Shown piece by piece: positions 45,337 to 55,104 of a stretch of 64,000 bases of DNA (positions are counted from its first letter, which is position 1; each line of letters opens with the position of its first letter). Location of the stretch: contig AP024666.1 in the NCBI GenBank assembly GCA_024346625.1, positions 930,001 through 994,000 of the forward strand. The letters run 5' to 3'. This DNA comes from Williopsis jadinii. Its lineage: Eukaryota. Under the pieces are notes generated by a model. It saw only the letters and a program-made list of their open reading frames with translations. It did not search any database and was not told the origin of the DNA. The position numbers and the translations under genes were made by a program.

Positions 45337-46266
45337 TTAAGCTTGAGCTGGTTGCTCTTCGGTTTCACCTTCAGCCCACTCTTGCTCAGCATCAGCGAGT
45401 TCTTGTTCATTTTCTTCATCGTCATAAACCTCATCGGTGTGTCTTATGGACAAAGTTGGCTTGACAACGGCATGGTCCAAAGTCCATGAAGCCAATGCGT
45501 TCTCAGCATCAATGATGATTTGCTTAGAAGCCTCGTAACCGTCATAAGCCGGTCTGGTCTCACCTGGAGTAACAGGAGCGTCATCCAACAACTCCAAGAG
45601 GGCCTTACCGTAACCAGCAATCAAAGCCAACTTCTCGGTGTGTTCTCTCAAGGAGTCGAATTGGTAGTTGAAGGCGGTTTTCAACTTTTCTCTGGTGATG
45701 TTTGACAATTGAGCCTCAGCAACAAGGGATTCAGCCTCGGCACGAACCAACTCTTGCTCCAAAACGACAATCTTTGGAGATTGAGGGTCCTTGTACTTCA
45801 AGTAGGCAATCTTGTCGGTGATTCTGTCCTTACGGTCTCTGGATGGTTGGACAGAACCTTCAATGTCTCTGATGGACTTCAAGGTCAATCTGTATTGGTC
45901 ATATCTGTCAATGAATTGATCCTCCAACTCACCAATCTCGTAAATCAAGACACCCAACTTGTCCGTGATATCAGAAACGTCATCGTCGTTGTCCTCACCC
46001 CAGAGAGACAATTGCTTAGCAACGTCTCTTCTCTCGTTGGCGACAACTTCCAAACCTCTAAGGAGGTTCTTCTCAATCTTGACGAGTTGAGAGAGCTTTC
46101 TAGAAAGCTCTGGACCGAATTGACCAGCGGTGTTACGTCTGATAGAGCTGACAATACCACCCTTACCAAAGAATCTGCTTCTTGTGGAGGCTGGTGGAGG
46201 TGGTGGGGACTGCAACTGGGAAGCAGTTGGAGCTCTGGTGTTTCTTAATGAATAAGTTCTGTGCAT
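45337..46266 (-). CDS. PIL1: Eisosome BAR-domain protein Pil1
   Basis: MHRTYSLRN..APTASQLQ; Pil1-type residues KIEKN, DRYDQYRLTLKSIRDIEGSVQPSRDRKD.ITDKIAYLKYKDPQS rather than Lsp1-type; strong codon bias. Confidence 0.93.
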   Translation of the reverse strand: MHRTYSLRNTRAPTASQLQSPPPPPASTRSRFFGKGGIVSSIRRNTAGQFGPELSRKLSQLVKIEKNLLRGLEVVANERRDVAKQLSLWGEDNDDDVSDITDKLGVLIYEIGELEDQFIDRYDQYRLTLKSIRDIEGSVQPSRDRKDRITDKIAYLKYKDPQSPKIVVLEQELVRAEAESLVAEAQLSNITREKLKTAFNYQFDSLREHTEKLALIAGYGKALLELLDDAPVTPGETRPAYDGYEASKQIIIDAENALASWTLDHAVVKPTLSIRHTDEVYDDEENEQELADAEQEWAEGETEEQPAQA

Positions 46267-47130
46267 TGTATCAGCTTGGACAGTGTTAGTACAATGGTCT
46301 TCAGGTGGAACAAAACGGAAAGCGGAATACCTGGTGCCAATGTGGTGCCATTATATACAACCAAACTCCCTCTCCCCCCCCCCGTGCACATGAGGAGGGA
46401 CAGGGGACTATTAATAGCCCTTCGAGTCTAATTCGTACACACACACACACACAGCTCACCATTGCTGCGGATAATAAAATGGGTATCGTCCAGCAACAGA
46501 AGGCAATTGATAAAGACTTACAATCGAACCTTGTTACGTTCTTTCTTAAGGAAGAAGGAGGAGGAAAGGGGGAAAGAAAGAAGGGATTGAAATTTCCCCC
46601 CCTGTTTTAAAGAGAAAAAAACTTGTGAACAGCAGCTGCTATATTATGTACAAGGGGGTGTGGGCGGGCTGGCAGTGGCTCTGTGTGCGAATCTCCCTTG
46701 GACAACCGCGGAGGGAGGGCCCAATTTTGGAATTGCACAGGCTTAGGCAGGCAGCCCTTTTCGCCCATCTTCTCTCCCTCCCCCCTACAAAGTTCGACAG
46801 GTTTGCTGATTGTTAAGGGAAATTACGCCACTTGGTTGCGTTCCATGCATACTTTGGCATGATTTTTCGTTCCATACGCTACTGGTCTTCCGATTATTCA
46901 AAATGACTATACTCAGCTACGTGTCAATGCTTTACTACAACACGCCAGGGAAACCACGGTACCTCATGTGGGTGTTGATGTTAAATGTGAGGGTGAGCTC
47001 GCCTGGGCGCCTTGTTCGCTTGCCTTGCCAGAAGGACACGTTACTGAACTTTCGGGATGGGGAGCCTGTGCAGCCTGGCACGAAGAAGTTGCTCCAAAGT
47101 GCAACTGTGAGACGCGCCCATGTTTAATCA

Positions 47131-47146
47131 TTTCCTAATCCGGAAA
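47131..47146. promoter_or_regulatory. Mcm1/ECB-like site TTTCCTAATCCGGAAA
   Basis: 16-bp quasi-palindrome matching the Mcm1 consensus in the PIL1/RTS1 divergent region. Confidence 0.6.
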
Positions 47147-48469
47147 GTGTGCCCCTACCGGCGGATTCTCGAAGTTTTGGTGGGCTTGGCCCCACCGCGC
47201 CCTCCCGCCCTCGGGCTCATCCTTTGTCGACTGTTGCCCGGCTGTTAGCTTTCGGTGTATTGAAATGAAAGCCATGACGTAACGCTTGTGATATACTGTG
47301 ATGCCGACGTTTGCTCGTAAAGCGTGTCATCGCAAAAGCTTAAATGAGGACACAGCTACAGCTACTACAACGGTCTGAGACTTGGACAATGGGGACTTCG
47401 GATTAACTTGACTCTATATAGCATGACCTATTCTTTGACGTAATGGGTGAGTTAGTACACAACTGCCAGGTTTCGATCGCATATGCTGGATTACATATGT
47501 CTGGTTGGATGCGCCTGAGGGAGCAAAGTTTTTTTCAACGTTCAGAGTAGCGGTTCTTTATTACTTCAACACTGGACGAGGACTCATCCTCACAGACAAG
47601 CCCTCTTCAGAAATTTGCAAATCGGAAAAGGTGTCTCATCACTAATTGGTACTTGTGCTCCCCTCCCACGCGCCTATCTTTGTAAACACACGCACACGCT
47701 CTCCATCTGGTGTACATCTACTTACTCTTTGTTGTCCAAATTGCGTATGGCTTGAAACCTGGAAAGGAAACGTTAGTTCGTGTTGTAGTCCCAGTAGTGA
47801 AATATTTTTTTCGTTTTTTCCCTTCCCAGCCCGCTTGCTCTGCCGGATTTCCTCGTCGGGACCACACTCCTGGTAGACGCCACACATTTCTGATTATATA
47901 ATGGCAACAGGTATAGCCACTAATAACGGGGGACTTGCCAAAATTGGCTGTGATAATTCAAGCTGAAACGGGGGGAGACTGTGGATTTACACACAATCCC
48001 ACACATTTCTACGTCTCGTCCAAAGAGACACCGGTTGCAGCAAGCATTCAACGTCTGTGTTATACCACCGAAGGTTGAGTGAGAATTGGTGACAGAAAAA
48101 CAGCCCCTGGCGTGTGCTTTTTCCTTGTTTCACTGTAGAAGAAACTGTTGCTTTCTCCAAGCGGTTCAGCCCACGCACGTAAAAAAAAGAGTTTCCCCTT
48201 AAATCTCCCCCAACCGGACACCAACCTCGCGTAGCCCCCGAATTCTTGTGCGGATCAGTTGGGATTTTCGAGACCACAGACAGAGAGAAAAAACCAGTTG
48301 GCGGTTAAGGATAATCAACAACAAACAAACAAACAAACAACAACAACAACAAGCCATACAAAATATACGGCTTCTATACAGAAAGGGGAGGACAAGCAGG
48401 TAAAGGGATCATTTGGGGAAGTTACAAAGCGCAAAGCGAATCCACTGAAACAATAATTCCTTAGGCAAA

Positions 48470-50705
48470 ATGATGAAAGGCTTTAAACAGAGGGTAAGTA
48501 TTTCTATCTCGTGCTCGGAGTACCTCGTCGGCGCTACCATATACGAGTGTGTGTGCGTGTGTTGCTGCTCTAACACACGGTGTGTGATGTGCTCCTGTCT
48601 GTGATAATACTAACTCGCTTACTCAGCTCTCGAGAAAGGGATCCTTGAGCTCAAAGAAGAAGGATAAAGATGAAGACAAGGAGAAGTCAAAAGATAAGAA
48701 ACATTCGTCAATTGCGAAGCTCTCACCTTCCAACTCGTCATCCAACTCGAGTAATTCTTCACCTCGCAACAGCATGACGAGCTCTCCTTCCAAGGGATCA
48801 AAATCAACAACGGCCGCAACCGCGTCGAGCTCGTCTTCTGCTCCTTCAACCGCTGGTGCTGGTGCACAGGGCGGCTCCGCTGGAGGGGTGTCTAAAAAGC
48901 CAAACAGTGACGTTTCACCAGAGCCAAGCCAACAGGAACCGTCAACCCCAAGGGCTACACCGCAACAGCAGCAGCAACAACAAGAACAACAGAACATTGA
49001 ACAGGATCAAAATCAAAATCAAAATCAGAGTCATGGCCAATACCAAGGTCAACAAGAGGCAAATGGACAATTCCAACAGGGGCAACAGACCTCATCATTA
49101 CAACAACAGGACCAACCACAGCAAAAGACAATTCAATTTGCGCCTCAAGTTGTGAATCAAATCCCTGATATCAATGTGACTCCGCCACACTCAACAGCAT
49201 ACCATAACGACGTTGCAATGCACAACGCTGATGTTGATGTAACCATGCCACGCGCCTCCCATTCCTTTGATAGATTGCCAACGGGTAAGATTGAAGGAGA
49301 TATCGACCTCATAAAGTCTCCACAGAGACACTCTTCTTCTAGGTTTGAACCTTCCTCATACACTGAAATCACCAAGTTACCCTCGTTTGATGAAGTACCT
49401 GCAGATAGAAGACTGGAGTTATTCATCCTGAAAGTGGACCAGTGTAACGTTATGTTTGACTTTAACGATCCTTCCTCTGATATCAATGGTAAGGAGATCA
49501 AAAGAGTCACGCTACAGGAACTGATTGAATTTATCTCGAGTAATCGTTTCACATACACTGATGAGATGTACAAACACGTTGTGGATATGTTCAAGACAAA
49601 TTTGTTCAGACCTATACCACCTCCTGTCAACCCAATTGGCGACATTTACGACCCAGATGAAGATGAACCAATCAACGAAGTTGCATGGCCTCATATGCAA
49701 GTGGTGTATGAGTTCTTTTTAAGATTCTTGGAGAGCCCTGATTTCAACCACACTTTGGCTAAGCAGTACATCGATCACGATTTCGTTCTAAATTTATTGG
49801 AGTTGTTCGATTCTGAGGACCCAAGAGAACGTGATTGTTTAAAGACAACTCTGCACAGAATTTACGGTAAGTTCTTGTCACTCAGAAGCTTCATTAGAAG
49901 ATCATTTAACAATATCTTTTTGCAATTCATCTATGAAACTGAAAGGTTTAACGGAATTGCAGAGATATTGGAAATCTTGGGTTCCATTATCAATGGTTTT
50001 GCCCTTCCATTGAAAGAAGAGCACAAGATCTTCCTTGCTAGAGTCATGCTCCCGTTGCACAAAGTTAGATCAATCTCTTTATACCATCCTCAGTTGGCCT
50101 ATTGTATAGTGCAATTCTTGGAGAAAGATCCAATGCTTACAGAAGAGGTGATCATGGGTCTATTAAGATTCTGGCCAAAAACCAACTCTACAAAGGAGCT
50201 CATGTTCCTCAATGAGATTGAAGATATCTGTGAAGTCATTGAGCCTTTAGAATTCATCAAGATTGAAGTTCCACTTTTCGTCCAATTGGCCAAATGCATA
50301 TCATCCCCACATTTCCAAGTTGCTGAGAAGGTATTGAGCTACTGGAACAACGAATACTTTTTGAACCTTGTCACAGACAATGCCGAAACGATCCTACCGA
50401 TCATCTTCTCAGCTCTCTATGAAATTTCAGCAGCAGATCAAAATGGACAAATGAAGATGACCGACGATGATGATCTCCAGAGCATCTCATCCTCTGGCAA
50501 TTGGAATAGAACTATCCATTCTTTGGCTTACAATGCGTTGAAAATCTTTATGGATTCAAATCCAATCTTGTACGACCATTGTGTCTTGTTATACCATCAA
50601 TCTCTTGAGGAGAACAAGAAGAGAGAGACCGAGAACAAACAGAAATGGGCATTACTCGAAGAGAGGGTTCAAAAGATGAAACAAGAAAACGGGACATTAT
50701 CATGA
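48470..50705 (+). CDS. RTS1: PP2A B56 (B') regulatory subunit; exons 48470-48493 and 48627-50705
   Basis: Exon 1 MMKGFKQR matches the Rts1 start; B56 domain ([57 protein letters not shown]). Confidence 0.96.
48494..48626 (+). other. Intron in RTS1 (133 nt)
   Basis: GTAAGT donor, TACTAAC branch (48608-48614), CAG acceptor; in frame. Confidence 0.92.
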
Positions 50706-50844
50706 GGGAGGGGGGCGTATGTTCAACAATAAACCATTTTTTAAAACATAAAAAGACAGCGTGTAATTGCGCGTGTTTAGTTCCAGCTGAAAGCACTAAC
50801 GTAGCTTCACCATTCGGCGTGCATTATATGTAAGAACTATACAA

Positions 50845-52314
50845 CTACACAGTTGAGGCCTTGTACTCTCTCAAAATGACAGGAACTGATGATGGTGGTA
50901 ACGCTCCAACTTCCGTGATGATCTTTTGGATGTACTCTGGTGGTGTAAGGTCGTACATGATGTTCAAGATGTTGAGGTAAGGATTCGTCTTCCAATCCTT
51001 CAATGGCATCTCATTCTTCGCCAGTGTTGGCTCAGCACCACCTGATTTAACCTTTGGCTTTTGCTGTTGCTGCTGTTGTTGATCCTTCTCCTCGTGAGTC
51101 TCTATGAACTTACGTAGGGCAACACTCGACTTCTTGACATGGTTCAATTGGTTCCAATTGATCAAGTCTTCAGTGTCTCCCATTTCGTTCAGGGTCACAG
51201 AGTCCAGTTGAACACGATCAGAGAACTTGATGCTTTCACAGCAGACAAGTACAGGGATATTTGCATTCTTGGCCTTCATTGCAATGAGCGCAGCACCCAC
51301 ACGAGAGTACAGGAATCCGTTAGATAGCATTGCATGGGCACCGAGGAAAACAGTATCAACATCTTGTATCACAGATGACAGGGAGTTTATCAACACATAT
51401 TGAACTTTCAAACCCTTTGTACACAGCTCTTCAGCAAGCTGTTTTCCCTCGAATAGAGGACGGGAGTCCACAACGATGACGTTGAAGCTTTTGCCCAACT
51501 CTTCATGGTTATAGATGAACAACTGCTTCAAAACGTTCGACTGTCCAAAGGTGAGGATTGTCGAGCCGTTCTGGATGTGTGCTGATGCTGCTTGGATGAT
51601 GACCTTGTCAGAGATATCGATCTTCTCCTTTATAAAGGTGTCGATCTTTTCAACGAGCTGGGCCTTTGCATCAGAGTCAGAGGTGTCGATGGAGATCAGT
51701 GAGATCTCCTGCTTGAGCCATCTAATGGCATTTCCCATCGCCACTGATAGAGGTCTAGCGGTCTTCAAATAGTCGATCTGATACCCGAGATAGTTGGTCA
51801 GGTTTCTGGTCAAGGTTGTTCCCTCAGGCGTCTGATACTCAGAGATGACCCGTTCAAACGCTCTGAGCATGCTCTTACACCTTGGAATCGACCCGACAAT
51901 CGAATAGCCTGAGTACTTCAGCGTCAGTGAGAGAACAGCAGGGTGTATAATGTTCGTCACCTGGGACTGTGATAGCGATAGCTCGTTTCTCTGCTCCTTC
52001 GACTCCAAGTGTGAAAACAGTGAGACTTTCTTCAAAGTATTCACTTCCTGTTTCAACCCTCTTGAGATCACACCGTGTGAGGCCTGCTGCTGTTGCTGTT
52101 GCTGGGACTTCTGCTTACCCTTGGCAGCCTTCTCATCGGCCTGGTTTGGAATACCACTGCTCTCTTTTCTAGCAGCTCTCTTCTCCAATTTCTGTCTCTT
52201 CTTCAACTCCTTGAGCTCTTTATTCGTCAGTTTCTTCTCTCCCTCCTCTGCCTGGGAGGCATTGGTCTTCTCCACTGGCTTCTCAGTAGGCGTTTCCACG
52301 GGAGCTTCACTCAT
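50845..52314 (-). CDS. GCD2: Translation initiation factor eIF2B delta subunit (first ATG at 52314)
   Basis: IHPAVLSL, YLKTARPLSVAMGNAIRWLK, VVDSRPLFEG, GAHAMLSNGFLYSRVG, YDLTPPEYI..ITEVGALPPSSVPVILRE. Confidence 0.96.
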   Translation of the reverse strand: MSEAPVETPTEKPVEKTNASQAEEGEKKLTNKELKELKKRQKLEKRAARKESSGIPNQADEKAAKGKQKSQQQQQQQASHGVISRGLKQEVNTLKKVSLFSHLESKEQRNELSLSQSQVTNIIHPAVLSLTLKYSGYSIVGSIPRCKSMLRAFERVISEYQTPEGTTLTRNLTNYLGYQIDYLKTARPLSVAMGNAIRWLKQEISLISIDTSDSDAKAQLVEKIDTFIKEKIDISDKVIIQAASAHIQNGSTILTFGQSNVLKQLFIYNHEELGKSFNVIVVDSRPLFEGKQLAEELCTKGLKVQYVLINSLSSVIQDVDTVFLGAHAMLSNGFLYSRVGAALIAMKAKNANIPVLVCCESIKFSDRVQLDSVTLNEMGDTEDLINWNQLNHVKKSSVALRKFIETHEEKDQQQQQQQKPKVKSGGAEPTLAKNEMPLKDWKTNPYLNILNIMYDLTPPEYIQKIITEVGALPPSSVPVILREYKASTV

Positions 52315-52569
52315 AGTTGGTTCCACTGGGCCTGTTTGCGTGTGTATTCCTTCTTCTTCGCCCTGGTGCTCTGCTTGGAGCCTCAGAGATCAAAAATTTT
52401 CCCTTTGAGCTCTCGGCTCCTCCCGCCCAGCAGGGGCGCCGCTAGGCAGACTTTTTTCCTTCAGTGGGCAGGGCCTCTCCCTCCCCAGGCTCAAACAAAT
52501 TATCGCAACTACTTCAACTACACAAGGCCTTAAACTATGTCTTATGTACATGGATTTGATGTTTGCTAT

Positions 52570-53520
52570 TTACTCCTCCTTGGTCTCTTCTTCAGCAGTT
52601 TTACCCTCTTGTGAAGGCTGCTTTGGTCTTCTGAAGATGCTCTTGCTCTTGAGCACAGAGAATGCATCCTTGAGTTGGATCTTGTCCTGGAGCTGCTTAA
52701 AGGATTGTGCAAATTGTGTGATATCCTTGACGGTTTGTAGGCTGGCCAGGGCTTCATCTTTCGAGGCTTCGATGGCAATTGGAGCCAATTCCAAATATTT
52801 GTTTCTGTATGTGTTGTAGTCCCTCGACAGCGCACCGATGGACTTGTCCAGTGAGAGCTGTGGGATTGAAACGGTCTCGGTGGAGGACGTAATCTTCTCC
52901 TTCAAGTCAGCTGGCACCTGTTCGTTATGCTTCAAGTACAACGAAGCTCTCAGCAGGTCGGTTATGACGTTAGGCTTGCGGATCTTGTCCAATGCCACTT
53001 GAGCCTTCGACACGCTGTTCAACAACGACTTTCTATCGTTGATGTAGAGGTACACCAGGATGGTGTTCAGGTTATGGGAATCCAATCTCTGTCTGAGCGA
53101 TGGCTGGGAGTAGATAAACGTCAACGCGTGCGGGAACTTTCTCAGCTGCGCTGATTTCTCCAGGAAGGCATCGATGTGGTCAGGCGAGGTATAGTTCGGC
53201 TTCTTCGACAACTCCAACAGCAAATCCCTCGACTCCTTCAGCTCCTCCCCGTCTGTGCACTCCGAGATGATCTTGATCAACGCGCTCTTGGAAGGCACAG
53301 TTGGTGGCTCCAGCGGAACCACCCTCTTCTTTGCAACTTCATCCCAAAGATCTCTCGACAGCAAATGACTCGCGTTCTTCTCCCTGTACACCAGCGGTCT
53401 CAAATCCTTGGGGGTTCTGAAGTACTGCACATAGGCATCAATCTGCTCTCTCGCCAACGACGCAGACGCCTGCTGAAGACTCTTACAAGAACAGGAGAAC
53501 GATCTGTGTAGACGAAGCAT
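52570..53520 (-). CDS. MRP13: Mitochondrial small-subunit ribosomal protein Mrp13 (mS44); likely start ATG 53520
   Basis: Presequence MLRLHRSFS; IDAYVQYFRTPKDLRPLVYREKNASHLLSRDL resembles Mrp13 LDEFLIYHKT..LKPFIYRPKNAQILLTKDI; next to GCD2 as in YGR083C/YGR084C. Confidence 0.78.
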   Translation of the reverse strand: MLRLHRSFSCSCKSLQQASASLAREQIDAYVQYFRTPKDLRPLVYREKNASHLLSRDLWDEVAKKRVVPLEPPTVPSKSALIKIISECTDGEELKESRDLLLELSKKPNYTSPDHIDAFLEKSAQLRKFPHALTFIYSQPSLRQRLDSHNLNTILVYLYINDRKSLLNSVSKAQVALDKIRKPNVITDLLRASLYLKHNEQVPADLKEKITSSTETVSIPQLSLDKSIGALSRDYNTYRNKYLELAPIAIEASKDEALASLQTVKDITQFAQSFKQLQDKIQLKDAFSVLKSKSIFRRPKQPSQEGKTAEEETKEE

Positions 53521-53755
53521 TGTCTGTCCGGTGATTCTGAGTGTGCCAGTGCTCCTCTCAACGAACGATGCGGGACCTGTTTGGACATTTGGCGAAAACA
53601 AAATTTTTCCACTGGCGGGGCCTTCGCCATTTTTCACGGTTCGCGCCACAATGGGACATTTGGGCCTATGTCCTGAAATTTTTTCGATTGTATCAAGAGG
53701 GAAGAGCTGGTGAATGTGGACAAATCGGAGTGATCGTGGAGTGGAAACTGGCTCG

Positions 53756-54394
53756 ATGATGGAATACGACGCTTTGGACTCTCTGCCGTGTATGTAACTG
53801 TTGCTTGCTTCGCCGTGTGCGTGGGGAGGAGTTTGTGCTGTGTTTATCGAAGAACTAACCGTTGTGATAGACATTGATGGTGATCTCAGCGAGGACGAGA
53901 GGCTGCGTGTAGAGCAATTGATACTGGAGGAAGTTGGGGACACCGAGTCGATGCATCCGTCCGTGGAGTGTGTGTATCCGATTCCTACGGCATCGGGTAT
54001 CCTGGGCGAACTGACAGAGGAGGAGATTCTATCCAAGGACTTCACGCTCGGAGGAATCGACATGCAACGGTACGACCAACTGGACGATGCGGACTGTTTG
54101 CAGATGCTGCTGAGCTATACCTATCTACGAGCCAATTCGTTGCGGATCTGTCAAGACGAGTGCGTGTCCCAATGGACACAGTGCAACGAGGAACAGTCGC
54201 TGGTGAACGGCTCTCTGAGTGCTGAGATCTCTCGAAAGAGACGCAAGATTGAGAGCATCAATGCGCAGAGGCAGCTGGAGCAGGAGGAGGCCCATCCTCT
54301 GCTCAGCTACTTAGAACACAGGTGGGTTCAGGGAATACAGAAAAACGTCCAGCTGGGCATAGAACTGCTAAAGGAACAAAATGGGCTGGAGTGA
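53756..54394 (+). CDS. SNT309: Prp19-complex splicing factor Snt309/Spf27 (BCAS2 family); exons 53756-53789 and 53871-54394
   Basis: Spliced MMEYDALDSLPYIDGD...VEQLILEE, GGIDMQRY, KRRKIESINAQRQLEQ, LSYLEHRW; near RPL11 as in YPR101W/YPR102C. Confidence 0.85.
53790..53870 (+). other. Intron in SNT309 (81 nt)
   Basis: GTATGT donor, AACTAAC branch, TAG acceptor; rebuilds the conserved LPYID; retention gives an in-frame TAA. Confidence 0.9.
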
Positions 54395-54481
54395 TAAGAA
54401 ATGACAAGATGTGCTTGCACGCACGTTTCTTCAAGTCAAAAGTGGCATAAAACTGATTCTCTTCTGTTGCTGCTGCGGCCG

Positions 54482-54517
54482 CCGCCCACGCTGCCCACGC
54501 TGCCCACGCTGCCCACG
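54482..54517 (+). repeat. 9-bp tandem repeat CYGCCCACG x4
   Basis: ccgcccacg ctgcccacg ctgcccacg ctgcccacg. Confidence 0.9.
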
Positions 54518-54918
54518 TTTTATCGTTCTGTGTGTAAGCTGTTTGTTTTCGCGGGCAGCGACGGTTCTGCCCGTGCTGCTTGGGGGGCAGAGAGATGAGC
54601 CCGCTGAGGAATTTGTAGATAAGCGCAGGAAGGCGTTGATAACACCCAACGGGAGAGGTTCTAAGACTCAATTGCACAATACAGAGAAGAACTGGTTGCT
54701 CTGACACGTTGTATGTAATCACACGGAATATCCACGTTAACAGGACTCTTTTCAGCATCGGAAACTCAGCCTTATCGGTGGAATTTTTTCAACTGTTTGT
54801 CTGTCTGTCTGCCTGTCTGTGTGTTTTTTTGTGTAGGCCGGAGGGAATGGTGAGGTGTTTCGTTTTGTGGGCAGGAAATCAAAACAAAGGGAAAATCAAA
54901 AATTTCTTCTGGTCTTAG

Positions 54919-54920
<2 letters not shown>

Positions 54921-54958
<38 letters not shown>

Positions 54959-54959
54959 C
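54921..54959 (+). repeat. (AAC)13 microsatellite upstream of KCS1
   Basis: Direct read. Confidence 0.97.
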
Positions 54960-55104
54960 TTTGAGAGCGTTAAATATCCTTAGTTAATGAGGCGCTAACT
55001 GAGCTAATACTTCCTGTGTGTTTCTCTATTCATATTATATAACTCTTTAACATCTGCTTGTATTTCGCACACATTTTAACCGAACAGGAGAGGACGAGAG
55101 GGAG

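Noticed and set aside
47141..47400. RNase MRP/P-like words (GGAAAGT...CAATGGGGACTT)
   Set aside because: The P4 halves do not pair convincingly and the 5' word overlaps the Mcm1-like site; would need an Infernal hit.
54711..55087. 5' UTR intron in KCS1 (GTATGT ... TTTTAAC ... CAG)
   Set aside because: Branch is non-consensus and there is no reading-frame test; needs RNA-seq.
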